Part shown: positions 40,236 to 53,039 of the stretch, in pieces | Layout of the letters: the number at the start of each line of letters is the position of its first letter | Position numbering within the stretch: the first letter of the stretch is position 1 | From: Mobula hypostoma | Lineage: Eukaryota | Direction: 5' to 3' | Assembly: GCF_963921235.1 (NCBI RefSeq) | Contig: NC_086104.1 | Location: 98,828,001 to 98,892,000 of the forward strand | Length of the DNA: 64,000 nucleotides | Notes under the pieces: generated by a model | The model's input: only the letters and a program-made list of their open reading frames with translations | What the model was told of the DNA's origin: nothing | Databases searched by the model: none | Program-made: the position numbers and the translations under genes

Positions 40236-41404
40236 GCTCCAATATTTCAATAGTGAAATATAACAAACCATTTATTGGAATCTTCAGTTTGGAAATCATT
40301 GTAATTTATGTTGTTGACAGCTTGCGGTCCATCTGTCCGGTTCAATCCCGGGATCGCTCTCCCTACTCATTGGCCGAACACCGAGACTTTAACCTCGTCT
40401 AGATCAGCTCGGTTCGATTTTCAGATATGCACACACAACTTTACACAAAACGCTTATTCTTGAGAGGCAGAATTTTGCTGTTGCGGGTTAATTGACGTTA
40501 GAGTGGTTTATTACCCGCAGTTAGGTGTTTGGTAACTGCCCTGAACCCTGTTCTGAATCAGCTGAGATTCGCAATAGATTTACGGTCCTTTCGCAAAACA
40601 ACTTCACATCGCAGTCTCGACCCTGACCGCTGTTTCCGAGTCGTCCATAAGCTGATGCGTTTTAAATAATTAAAAAAAGGCTGTCATGTTCTATGAATCA
40701 GCATTTATTCCGATCCGGAATTCAATGAGTATCTCGAAGCGGAGAACTAACTTTCGGGGCTCTGCGGATGTGGTCTATGTATTATTTCTGTTTTTATTTT
40801 AAATTATTTGCTCAATTCGCCCACTTTTGCACATTGGTTGTTTGTTGGTCTTTGTGGTTTTCCATGGATTCTATTGTGTTTCTTTATTTTGTGGGTGTCT
40901 GCAAGAAGTGAACTTCAAGGCTGTATATGCTGTATAGAATTTGATAATAAATTTACTTCGAACATTAAACTTAATAAACTGTCAATATTATAAATGGATC
41001 AGGGTCATGTGATGGCTCCTATTCACACAGCTGTAATTATTTGCTTTCGGACAGTTCTATAGATTTATTTTCTTCTTGGCGGACTTTTCAAATTTCAGGA
41101 TTTTCGGTTAGTTTTGGCGCTTGTCCTGTTGCCGCCCGTTCGCTGACGATTGAGCTCTCTGATTGGCCTTTTTCACTCGCCAATCAGATTATTACCGCCA
41201 ATCAACCGCCGCCCTGTATTCATGCCGGAAGCGGCGCTGACGGTTCAAAAAAATCCTAAACTTTAGGTAAAATGAGGCAATCTGTTAAAGTGGGCAAATA
41301 ATTTTTTTTTATTTCAGAGGAAGAGATGCGCTTTAGACTGAATTCAAAACGCTTGTCTACGACAGACCCTTTGAACGGAAATGCCCCGGACTCACCCCGG
41401 CTGG

Positions 41405-41449
41405 TTCTCAGCCCTTCCACAGACAATCTGAGTGGCTCTGAAAAGAGCC
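41405..41449 (-). promoter_or_regulatory. Histone stem-loop and HDE (H2A)
   Basis: Minus strand GGCTCTTTTCAGAGCC (41449-41434), then ggaagggctg. Confidence 0.97.
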
Positions 41450-41479
41450 TTTGGGTTTTTAAATTGTCGCTTTATCTCT

Positions 41480-42090
<611 letters not shown>

Positions 42091-42654
42091 GACTTAAAAC
42101 TATATTTATTATCAATGTATACTACATACAGCCTGAAGATTCATCTCCTTAGGATGAGCCACCAAACAAAGAAACATGACGGAACTCATTAAAAAAGATT
42201 ATCAAACACCCAATGTGCAAAAATGAACAAATCGTGCAAATTATAGAAAGTAAACAAATAATATTCAGAACTAAAGTTCATGAAAGTGAGTTCACAGTCA
42301 CGAAGCCAGTCACAGCCGATACAGGATCCTGTTAGTTACAGGCTGCAGCCTTAGTTCTGCACGGGGAAGAATAAACCTCACTGAGCAGCAAGCTGAACAC
42401 CTTCCTGACCCCCAGCCCCAACACCCTGACATTTTCAATTTGGCCTGGTGCTTCAATCGACCAAACACCAGCTTATTTCTGGCTCTCAGGCCCGAGCCCT
42501 GCCGCCTCAGTTCAACACCAAACCACATCAAATAAACAATAAAATTAAACAACAGACCAAAAGAAAGCAATTAGTAACCTCCCTGTGAACGTGGACTCCC
42601 TGCATGGTCAGTCACTGAATCCTGTTACCGTCCAGGAGAATATGAATTCTCTGT

Positions 42655-43345
42655 GAAGATGGGAGAAGATGGCGGCGCGACACAGCTTGCGCGGCCTCTC
42701 CGGTGAATGATATCTGTAATCTGTCAAGTAGGGTGCTGCGCACAATCCTGATTTAATGGAGATAGACGTGAGAGAACGGAGGAACATCTGGAGAAACTTC
42801 TGAAATGCCTTTTTCGCTGCTGCTGTTACTGTGTGATCCAGAATATCCAGAGGGGAAGGCCCCGAATCCTCGGCTTTGCTTGTTGCTCAGTGGCCGGGAC
42901 GGGGTCGAAGCGCTCGACAGAGATGGTGCTCGGTGCTCGGTGTCGAGGGGCTGGTTGGAGGCTTGAAGTTTTCAGACAGACTCAGAGTCAGCTGTGGTCG
43001 GGTGCTTCCAATACATCGACAGTTGTCAGTGCCTGGAGGTTTATGGCACAGAGAGTTTCTCCCTTTTTCTGCCTGCTATTGGGGACTATCGGGAGTCAAT
43101 GGGAACTTTGAGACTTTTTTTTACTGTGCCTATGGGCTGTTCTTTATCAACTTATGGTATTGCTTTGCACTGCTGTAACTATATGTTATAATTATGTGGT
43201 CTTGTCAGTGTTAGTCTTTGGTTTGTCTTGTTTTTTGTGTGATATCACTCTGGAGGAATATTGTATCATTTCTTAATGCATGCATGCATTTCTAAATGAC
43301 AATAAACGAGGACTGAGTGTCCTCATAATCTAATCTAATCTAAAT
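42655..43345 (+). mobile_element. Short non-coding retroposon (~690 bp)
   Basis: Begins aagatggcggcg and ends (taatc)n; second copy at 29035-29441; no long ORF. Confidence 0.75.
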
Positions 43346-44269
43346 TAATTCTACCATAACTGCCTCTGGGAATGTGTCCCTCTTTGTGAAAACACATCAC
43401 ATCATGGAAGATTCACTTCACAGTCTGTGGTGGAAGCACAGAAACAGTGATATGACAGTTAATTTATTCTGATGTAGGTTCAGGGCACCTAGGAAACAGT
43501 ATAGTGGAGTAACCAAGAGGCATTCCCTTCATGTCTAGAACACGAACAACAGAAAGCATACAAAAATCCCATGCAACCTCATCCACTGTCAATGGTACAA
43601 GTGTCTGAAGATGGAGACAAACTAATGGGGAAGAAGTGGAAGTTCCATGCTAGTGCAAGAACACGGGAACTTTCCCTGCCCCTTTTTCAAGGATACATTT
43701 CTTGCCCGCTGTCCGTGGAGAGGGTGCCCACTCCCCCCTCCCCCGCCCAGGGTACTGACTGTTTCATAGACAGTAATAACCATGTCTTAAACTGAGTGTA
43801 CTTACTGCCTTATAAATATTGAATGTCTGTACCTTGTGTATATGTGATGTAAATAAACTTATATAGTTTTGTAAAAAAAAACAAAAATTTCACCAGTACG
43901 GCTAAAACAGAAATACTGAAGCAGATGCAGAAAAGTATTTTCGAAATATTCAGACAAATCTTTCAAGCAAACGGTGTGTGGTATCTAATAGAGTCAGTGG
44001 GTTTTCAGTTTGTTTTGTAGAACCCTGTGGAAATGCACTTGGAGCTGGTGTACCTGGCCACTGCCTTTGTCCCTTCTGAAATGGTGTGATTGGACAACTT
44101 CCCAAGCAGCATTAGCCACATGGCAGTTTAGATCTCCCAGGAGCTGATGGTGAACTGTTTCTTGTAATGGGCCAGGCAGGAAGCCTCACCTGTGATGTGT
44201 GTGAAAATCTCATACACGAATGTGTTCATGATGCACACGGCCTTGGAGGGGATGCTGGTGTCTCCAGAG

Positions 44270-46030
44270 TCTCAACATCCTTCCTATAACGGTGGGACCA
44301 AAACTGTATGCAAAACTTCAGATGCAGTCTATCTAGAGTTTTATAAACCGCAACATAATTTCCTGACTATTGAACTCAGTGCCTCGAATAATAAAGGTAT
44401 GCTTTCTTAACCACCCTATGAACCTGTGCAGCTACTTTCATGGAGCTATGAACTTGGAGCCCAAGATCTCTCTGCTCATCAACACTGTTCAAGGTCTTGC
44501 CTTTCACAGTATATTTTTGACCTACCAAGGTGTAACACTTCACATGTGGCCGGGTTAAACTCCATCGCTATTTTTCTGCCCATATCTGTAACTGATCTAT
44601 ATCCCACTGTGTTCTTGCCCATCTTCTACACCATCCACAACAACACAAATCTTTTCATCATCTACAAAATTCCTAACCCAGCCATCTATATTTTCATCTA
44701 GGTCATTTATATACATCTCAAACCTCAGAGGTCCCAAAACAGATCCCTGTGGAATACCAGTAATGACAGACCTCCAGTAGACTAAGTCCCTTCAATCACT
44801 ACCATCTGTCTCTACGAATCATCCAGTTGTAAATCCAAATTCACCATGAATCCCATTCATGTTAATCTTCTGGATGACTAACCTTGTCAAACACCTTACT
44901 AAACCCATGTAGACAACAGATCTCCTGTGCCTTCATCACTCACCCTCATCACCTCATCAAAAACTCAATCAAGTTAGTAAGACACTACTTGTCCACATAA
45001 AGCCATGCTGGCTCTCCCTAATCAGGCCATGATTTTCCAAATGCTCATAGATCCTATTTCGAGTACAGGAGCAGGGAGGTACCACTGCAGTTGTACAAGG
45101 CCTTGGTGAGACCACACCTGGAGTATTGTGTGCAGTTTTGGTCCCCTAATCTGAGGAAAGACATCTTTGCCATAGAGGGAGTACAAAGAAGGTTCACCAG
45201 ATTGATTCCTGGGATGGCAGGACTTTCATATGAAGAAAGACTGGATGAACTGGGCTTGTACTCGTTGGAATTTAGAAGATTGAGGGGGGATCTGATTGAA
45301 ACGTATAAGATCCTAAAGGGATTGGACAGGCTAGATGCAGGAAGATTGTTCCCGATGTTGGGGAAGTCCAGAACGAGGGGTCACAGTTTGAGGATAGAGG
45401 GGACGCCTTTTAGGACCGAGATTAGGAAAAACTTCTTCACACAGAGAGTGGTGAATCTGTGGAATTCTCTGCCACAGTAAACTGTTGAGGCCAGTTCATT
45501 GGCTATGTTTAAGAGGGAGTTAGATATGGCCCTTGTGGCTACAGGGGTCAGGGGGTATGGAGGGAAGGCTGGGGTGGGGTTCTGAGTTGGATGATCAGCC
45601 ATGATCATAATAAATGGCGGTGCAGGCTCGAAGGGCCGAATGGCCTACTCCTGCACCTATTTTCTATGTTTCTATGTTTCTATGTTTCTATTCCAAAGAA
45701 TTCTCTCCAATATCTTCCCTACCACTGACATGAGACTCACCGGTCTATAATTTCCAGGTTTATTCATGGTTCCCTTCTTGAATAATGGGACAACTTTAGC
45801 CACTTGCCAGTCCTTCAGGATATCACCAGTGGCTAGAGAGGACATAAAGATATTGGTCAAGGCTTTAGTAATCTCTTCTCTTGCCTCCCTCAATAATCTG
45901 GGGTAAACCCGATCAGGCCATGGGGATTTATCCAGCTTAATGCTCTTTACTTCTACTTTACCTTGAAATGTGTTAGCATATCAATACACTTGCCATTGAT
46001 CTCCCTATTCCCAAGTCCTTCTCTTGGTGC
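44270..46030. mobile_element. Old minus-strand CR1 containing a young plus-strand CR1 3' end (45060-45690)
   Basis: YKALVRPHLEYCVQFWSP...VVNLWNSLP open for 129 aa with (tttctatg)n tail; the flanks continue a minus-strand RT (PLFKKG..PGNYRPVSL). Confidence 0.88.
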
Positions 46031-46039
46031 TGCACTATG

Positions 46040-48400
46040 TTCTATGTAACAGCCAACACTGTGCTGTAAGTACGCAGAACTTCACAACAGTTGGCACCAT
46101 ACAATAAGGGCATAGTCCTTGACAACAGCTGACTCCATGCAGTCAGGGCACAGACCTTTAAAATGGATGACACCACACAGTGAGAGCACAGACAGTTACC
46201 ACAGCCGGAACTCTACAGAAAGGGCACAGACCTTTACAACGGCCTGTACCATCCAGTAAGGGCACAGACTGTGACAACTGTCTTTGCTGTAATGTAAGGG
46301 CACAACTTGTTTCAACAGCTGGTACCATAAAGTAAGAACACTGATCATTACAACAGCAGCTACTGTACAATGAGGGCACAGACTATTACGACAGCCGGTT
46401 CCACACAGTAAGAGCACAGACCATTCGAACAGATGGTATCATTCAGGCAGAGCACTGACCATTACAACAGTTTAGTACCGGCTGTAAGTACACACACCTT
46501 AACCACAGATGGCATCATATAGAAAAGGGACATACAGTGCCTATACAAAGTATTCACCCCTTTGGAAGTTTTCATGTTTTATTGTTTCACAACATTGAAT
46601 CACAGTGGATTTAATTTGCCTTTTTTGACACTGGGCAATAGAAAAAGACTCGTGTCAGAGTGAAAACAATTTTCTACAAGTTGGTCTAAATTTATTACAA
46701 TTATTAAACACAAAATAATTGATTGCATTAGTATTCACTCCTTTTAATATGACACACCAAATCATTACTGGTACAGCCGATTAGTGTTAGAAGTCACATA
46801 ATTAGTTAAATGGAGATTTATTTTTGGAGGCTTGTGTACTTTTAAAACAGACAGTGCCATACAGTAAGGCACGGAGCATTACAACAGATGGCACCATACA
46901 GCAAAGACACTGACTATTACAACAGCTGGTTCCATACAGTAAATGCACAGACCGTTACAACAGCTGGTATCGCACAGTCAGGGCACAGACCACAACAATA
47001 CTGCAAGGGTATAGACCATTACAACAACCAGCTCCTTATAGTAAGGGCAGAAATGTTACAACAGTCAGCACTGACCTGTAATGGCAAAGACTGTTACAAC
47101 TCTTGTTTTCATATAGCAAAGACACACATCATTACAACAACTGGTACCATACAGTAAGGGCACACACTGTTACAACAGCCAACAATGTAACAGCCCAGAC
47201 CGTTACAACAGCTGGTACCATACAGTAAAGACTAAGATCCTTACAACAGCTGGTACTGTACAGTAAGGGCACACAATGTTACCACAGACTGGACAGTACA
47301 GTAGGGGCACAGACCATTACAACAGCCAGTATCATACAATGAGGGCACAGACCATTACAACAGCCAGTACCATATGATGAGGGCACAGACCATTACAACA
47401 GCCAATCCCGCACAGTAATGGCACAAACTGTTACAACAGACAGTTCTGCGCAGTTAGGGCACAGACTGTACTGTACAGTGAGGGCAAAGATCTTTGCAAC
47501 AGCCGGTACTGTACAGTAGGAGCACAGACCGTTACAAAAGTTGGCACTGTATAGTAAGGGCAGAGAGCATGACAACAGTTTATACTGTACAGTAAGGGCA
47601 TAGACAGTTACAACAGCTGGTACCATACAGTAGGGGAACACACGTTACAACAGGCATTGCCATACAGTAAGGGCACCGACCATTACAACAGTCAGTTCCG
47701 CACAATAAAGGCACAGACCATTCGAGCAACCAGTGCCATTCAGTAAGAGCACTGACTGTTACAACAGCCAGTACCAATCTGTAAGAGCACTGACCTTTAC
47801 CATGGGTGGCATTATACAGAAAAGGGACATTCTTGTACAATAGGCAGTGGTATACAGTAAAGGCACAGACTATTACAACAGATGGCACCATACACTAAGG
47901 GCACCAGCCGCTATACAGTTGGCTCTGTACAGTAAGGGCAAAGACCATTACAACAGCTGGTTCTGTAAATTAAGAGTACTGACCGTTATAATAGCCAAAA
48001 CCAATCTGTAAGGGCACAGGCCTTTACTACAGATAGCACAGAGCATTACAACAGCTGGTTCCATACAGTAGGGGCATAGACCATTCGAACAACTGGCCCC
48101 ATTTGTTAAGAGCACTGACCATTACAATAGCCAGCACCAATCTGTAAAGCCACAGACCGTTACCACAGATGGCACCGTACAGTCAGGGCACCAAACGTTA
48201 CAACACCTGGTACCGCACAGTAAGGGCACAGACTATTTCACCAGCCGGTACGGTACAGTGAGGGCACAGACCGTTACAACTGCCAGTACCATTTTGAAAG
48301 GGCACAAACTGTTACAACTGCTAGTATCATAACGTAAGGGTATGGGAAGTTTCAACACCTGGCACCATACAATAATGGCAAAGACCTTTACAACAGATAA
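46040..48400. repeat. Degenerate 38-bp tandem satellite
   Basis: Consensus approximately gggcacagaccattacaacagctggtaccatacagtaa; gggcac recurs at 47305, 47343 and 47381 (period 38). Confidence 0.92.
46535..46830 (+). mobile_element. Tc1/mariner terminal fragment inside the satellite
   Basis: TA|CAGTGCCTATACAAAGTATTCACCCC is a Tc1-type TIR start after a TA target. Confidence 0.75.
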
Positions 48401-48989
48401 CCTGAAATAAAAACATAGAATGCTGGAAACACTCACAGCTCAGTCTATATTGAACAAGTTCTGGTTTTATTTTTGTCAGATAGATACATGGACTCTCTCA
48501 GTACTGGACCAGTGGAACATACTTGGTTTTTACACAGAGACAGATAACTGACACTGCAGTATATGACCTGAACATCCCTATAGTGAACTGAAAGGAATCA
48601 ATGAAAATGCACCACACTGCACTGTCCAGAAACAGTCAGCAGGGCTTTACAACACCAAGTCCTTCACTACCAGGACACAGAAATATAAAACTCTCCACAC
48701 TGTGCAGTAAGCACACAGCCCTGTACACACCCAGCATTGTACTCCACCATTAAACCCAGCACTTCAATGACAGAGAAAAATACAACACTGATACTGGACT
48801 GGGATTCATGGAGCTGATCAGATAAGAGCAAAGAAACAACATTTCCTGGTGGGAGAGTCGAGAACAGGGGAAATGGGCTGAAAGTTAGAGTCAGGCTGTG
48901 GAAAGGAGACGTCTGGAAGCATTTTTCCATGTTCAATGAGGTCAGTCCAGTGGGCAAAGCAGACATGGGCCTGACATGGGAGGTTGGCA

Positions 48990-50090
48990 GGAGACCTTGA
49001 ACCTAGTTTCATGCACTGGTGAAGCAGATGGAATTAGAGCTGATCAGCAGGAGAGTGTGTGAGAGTGATGCAGTCACAGAGACACAACCTTTCAGAAGAG
49101 GGCAGCAGCCACAGTAGCCAGGTCTGTGGCACAGTGATTGGCTTCAATATACAACAGGAGAGGGTGGAGACAAGGAGAGCTGTAGTGATTGGAGATTCCA
49201 TAGTGAGGGGGATGGACAGGAGATCCTGTGGCTGTGAACGAGACTCTAGTATGGAGTGTTATCTCCGGGGTGTCGGGGTGAAGGATGATTCCAGTGGGTT
49301 ACAGAAGAATCTGTAGGGGGAGGGTGAACTGACAGAGGTTGTTGTACACATTCACACTGGGACAAAATGGATGAAGGCCCGCAGAGTGAATGTAGGGAAT
49401 GAGGCAGAAACTGAAAGGATTGAAAGTGGGAGCTCAAGGTGATCGATGGATTATGAGCTGGTGGGGTAGGAACAGGAGGACTGTGTAGATGACATTGTGA
49501 CCAAGAGACTGGTGCAGGAGGGAACAGTTCAGGTTCTGGGACCATTAAGATCTCTCCTGGGGCAGAGGTTTCCTGTACAAGAAAGGTGGGTTGCATATGA
49601 ACTGGAGGGAGACCAATATCTGAGTGGGGAGATATGCTAACGCTATTTGGGAGGGTTTAAGTCAGTCTAGCAGTGGGTGGGATACAATGCAATAGTGTGA
49701 CAGATGAGGAGGTTGAGGCTAATAGAAATTTTAAAGTGAGCAAGATGAGCAGATAAGACAGACGGGCAAGGCAGGGAGTGAGGAAGGTCTGATAGAGTGA
49801 AGTGCAATAATTCTAATACAAGAAGCCTGACAAGTCAGGCAGATGAACTCAGGGCACGGATTTGTACATGAGACCGAGATATTCATTACAGAACACGTTT
49901 AAGGAAGGGACAGGACTGGCATCTCAATGTTCCAGGGTACAGAATCTACAGACAGGTTGGAGAAGGAGGTAAGAGAGGAGGGGGAGTTGTGTTTTTAAAA
50001 GGGGAGAACATCACGATGGTACTTAGAGAGGATATTCCTGTGGGATTGTCCAGTGAGACTATATGGGAGGAACATAGACATGAGATGAGG
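48990..50090 (+). mobile_element. CR1 5' region (SGNH esterase ORF1 and start of ORF2)
   Basis: RRAVVIGDSIVRGMDRR motif; endonuclease start at ~49800-50080. Confidence 0.75.
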
Positions 50091-51227
50091 ATGATCCAAT
50101 TGAGTACCATCTGCCTTCCAAACCACTTGATGCAGAACCACAATGTCTTCATCAGATTTCCTTCCACTGTCTCTGTGTCATCAGGAGTCTTGGGCATCTC
50201 ACATCACGTTCCCTCCTCATGGTCATTAAACAGTGAACAACTGTGGCCAAGAACTGATCCCTAGAGTTCTCCAAAACTTTCCTCCTTCCAGTCTGAAATT
50301 GACCCACTGTTTCCAGCCACTCACAAAACACTGGGTTGTCATCCTCGAATGAGAAAGCTCATCACCTAATCCTGAAGTTGAATGGCATTGCTGACTCTGA
50401 GTTTACCACTGTCAAATGTCAAGAGGGTTACGACAATCAGGAAGTCTCCAGAAGCAGCTGTGTAAATACAATGTGCTCTTAGTAAGTCTGTGGGACAGGC
50501 ACAGAATGTGAAACTAAACTAATGGAGAGAGACAGACTGAGCCAAGTCACATGTTGATGAAGGGCAGAAATGACCCATTCTGATATAGACAGAAAGGCAG
50601 AGAATTTGTTGTTTGTCCGGATGCCTGAACTGTCTCCAGTTAGAAGATAAAGTGTTGTTCTTCCAAATTGTGTTGAGCCTTGCTGTAACTGTGACAGCAA
50701 GGTCACCATACAGACTAAAATTATCTCAGCTGAAATGTTGTCCTTTTCCCACTGATGTCATTTACAAACATCCTACAGCGTATAAAAGGCAAGTGATTTG
50801 TGTATGGGAATCTCAAACACAATAGCTCGTCAGTTCTGCTGTGCCTGTCTGTTCACCAGCACCGATAGCTGAATGTGGAAGAAGAGATCTTTGAGAAGGC
50901 TGCACACCAGTCATAGCAAGGAGAAGCCGAATACACGTACATGTCCGTGATCTGAAATGATAAATTCCCATACGGTTGATGCAGTGAAATGTCATTCACT
51001 GGCTCTCATTTTATAAGCGCTTCACAAGGCAATCCTAGCTGCAGATAGGAGAGGCCATTCACATGATCTGTGTGTGAGAAGGGATTCATTCAGTTAACCC
51101 ACCTTGTGAGGGTCCAGCGAATTCACAACAAATAGAGGCCACAATTCTGTCTGGAGTGAGCAAAGAGTCATCTCACCTGCTAAAGCACCAGCAACTTCAC
51201 AACAGGGAGGAGGTTCAAATATGCTGT

Positions 51228-52578
51228 ATACTTCTGGCACCTCCCTCCCCTTTCTCAATCTTTTCATCTCCATCATTAGAGACAAACTATCAACTAACAC
51301 CTTTTATAAGTCTACCAATTTGCACGGTTATCTTGACTATACCTCTTCCTGCCCTATCTCCTGTAAAATTGCTATTTCCTTTCCTCAGTTCCTGCACCTC
51401 CTCCACATCTGTTCCCAGGGTGTGGCTTTCGTTTCGAGGATATCAGAGATGTTCTTCTCCTTCAAAAGGCAAGCTTTCTCTCTGTCCACTATTCATTCCC
51501 CCCTCACTCACATCTTCTTCATTGCCTGAAAATCCGCGCTCAACCTATCTTCCCGCTGTCTTAACAGTGGTGGAGTTCCTCTTGTCCTTATCTACCACCA
51601 CATGAGCCTACCCTTCCAACACATCCTCCTCAGAACTTCAACCTTCTCCAAAGGGATCCTGCCACAATACATAACTTTCCTTCTCCCCCTCTGCTTTCTG
51701 GAGGGATCACTCCTTCAGCGATTCCCTTGTCCATTCGTCCCTCACCACTATCTCCCTCCCGACACTTATCACTGCAAGTGTCCTAAGTGCTACACCTGTC
51801 CATTCACCTCCTCCCTCACCTCAATTCAGGTCCCTAAACAGTCCTTCCAGGTGAGGCAACACTTAACCTGTGAATCTGCTGGGGTTGTCTACTGTGTCCA
51901 ATCCTCCTGACGCAGCCTCCTCTGCATTGGTGAGGCCTATCGTAAATCGAGTGACCACTTTGTCGAGCACCACCGCTCCATTCACTGAACGCAGAATTTG
52001 CCAGTGGCCAAAATATCTCAATTCCTATTCTGACATGTCAGTCTGTAGCCTCCTCTTGTGCCCAGATGAGGCCACCTCAGGGTGGACGAACAACAACTTA
52101 TATTCCATCTGAGTAGCCTGATGGCATGAATATCGATTTCTCCATGAAATAAATTTTAGCCTGATGGCACAAATATCAATTTCTCCATGAAATAAATTTT
52201 TCCCCTTCCCTCCTTCTCTATTTCCCACTCTGGTGTTTTACCTCTTTTCACCTGCCTATCCTTTTCTGCTGGGTCCCCTCCTCTTTCCTTTTCTCCAATG
52301 GTCCACTCTCCTTTCCTATCAGATTCCTTCTTCTCCAGCTCTTTACCTGTCCCACCCACCTTCGCCTTCACATTCCAGCTAGCGTCCTTCTCTTCCCCCC
52401 TCCCCCACCTTTTTATTCTGGCATCTTCCCTCTTCATATTCAGTCCTGAAGAATGGTCTTGACCTGAAACATCGACTGTTTATTCATTTCTAAAGATGCT
52501 GCCTGGCCTGCTGAGTTCCTCCAGCATTTTGTGTGTATTGTTTTGGATTTCCAGTGTCTGCAGACTTTCTTGTGTTCA
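51228..52578 (+). mobile_element. Penelope-like element 3' fragment with terminal repeat
   Basis: FYKSTNLHGYLDYTSSCPISCKIAISFPQFLHL; FQVRQHLTCESAGVVYCVQ (GIY-YIG lead-in); pyrimidine tract; hammerhead-bearing tail. Confidence 0.82.
52441..52478 (+). ncRNA. Minimal type I hammerhead ribozyme motif (slightly degenerate)
   Basis: CAGTC-CTGAAGA-atggtcttgacct-GAAAC-ATC-GACTG. Confidence 0.55.
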
Positions 52579-53039
52579 CTTGTGTTGAACGTTTAACCAT
52601 CACATTGGCTGAATTCAATTACAAGTTCACAAAACACTGTTAATGTCATATTCTGTAGATGTTGTGGCTGTTCATCACACCCAGAACAGACCCCTGATCA
52701 CTGAGCGTTGGAGGGGTTTGTTCTGCTGTTGCTGACCTGAAGTTAGACTGGTGTTTAATGTTGTGGATCTGTGACAAATAAATCTGTCCTATTTCAAATC
52801 CCGTGTCTCGGGTGATTCCTGTCTCTGCCCAATGTACAGTAGAGAGGCCACTCAGTCCAACTGGTCCCTGCCTGTGTTTCTGTTCCATATCAGTCCTTTT
52901 ACATCCATCCCTGCTGTTCACCTCTCAATCTCCCTGTGATGGCAGGTTAGAACTTGTCACCACTCTGTGGGTGAAGAAATTTCCCTTGAATTTGCTGCAT
53001 GACTTTCTGCAGACTGAGAAGGATGATGGGCTCACTGTG

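Larger units (their letters stand above)
50480..53030 (+). pseudogene. Third decayed ZNF paralog, interrupted by a Penelope insertion
   Basis: Intron/acceptor region similar to 59160-59480; eroded fingers 51040-51215 (SSHLLKHQQLH); 3' UTR resumes at ~52585 with AATAAA 52777. Confidence 0.75.

Noticed and set aside
46040-48400. CRISPR-like array or Cys-rich protein ORFs
   Set aside because: Contiguous degenerate monomers without unique spacers, eukaryotic context, and a period that is not a multiple of 3.
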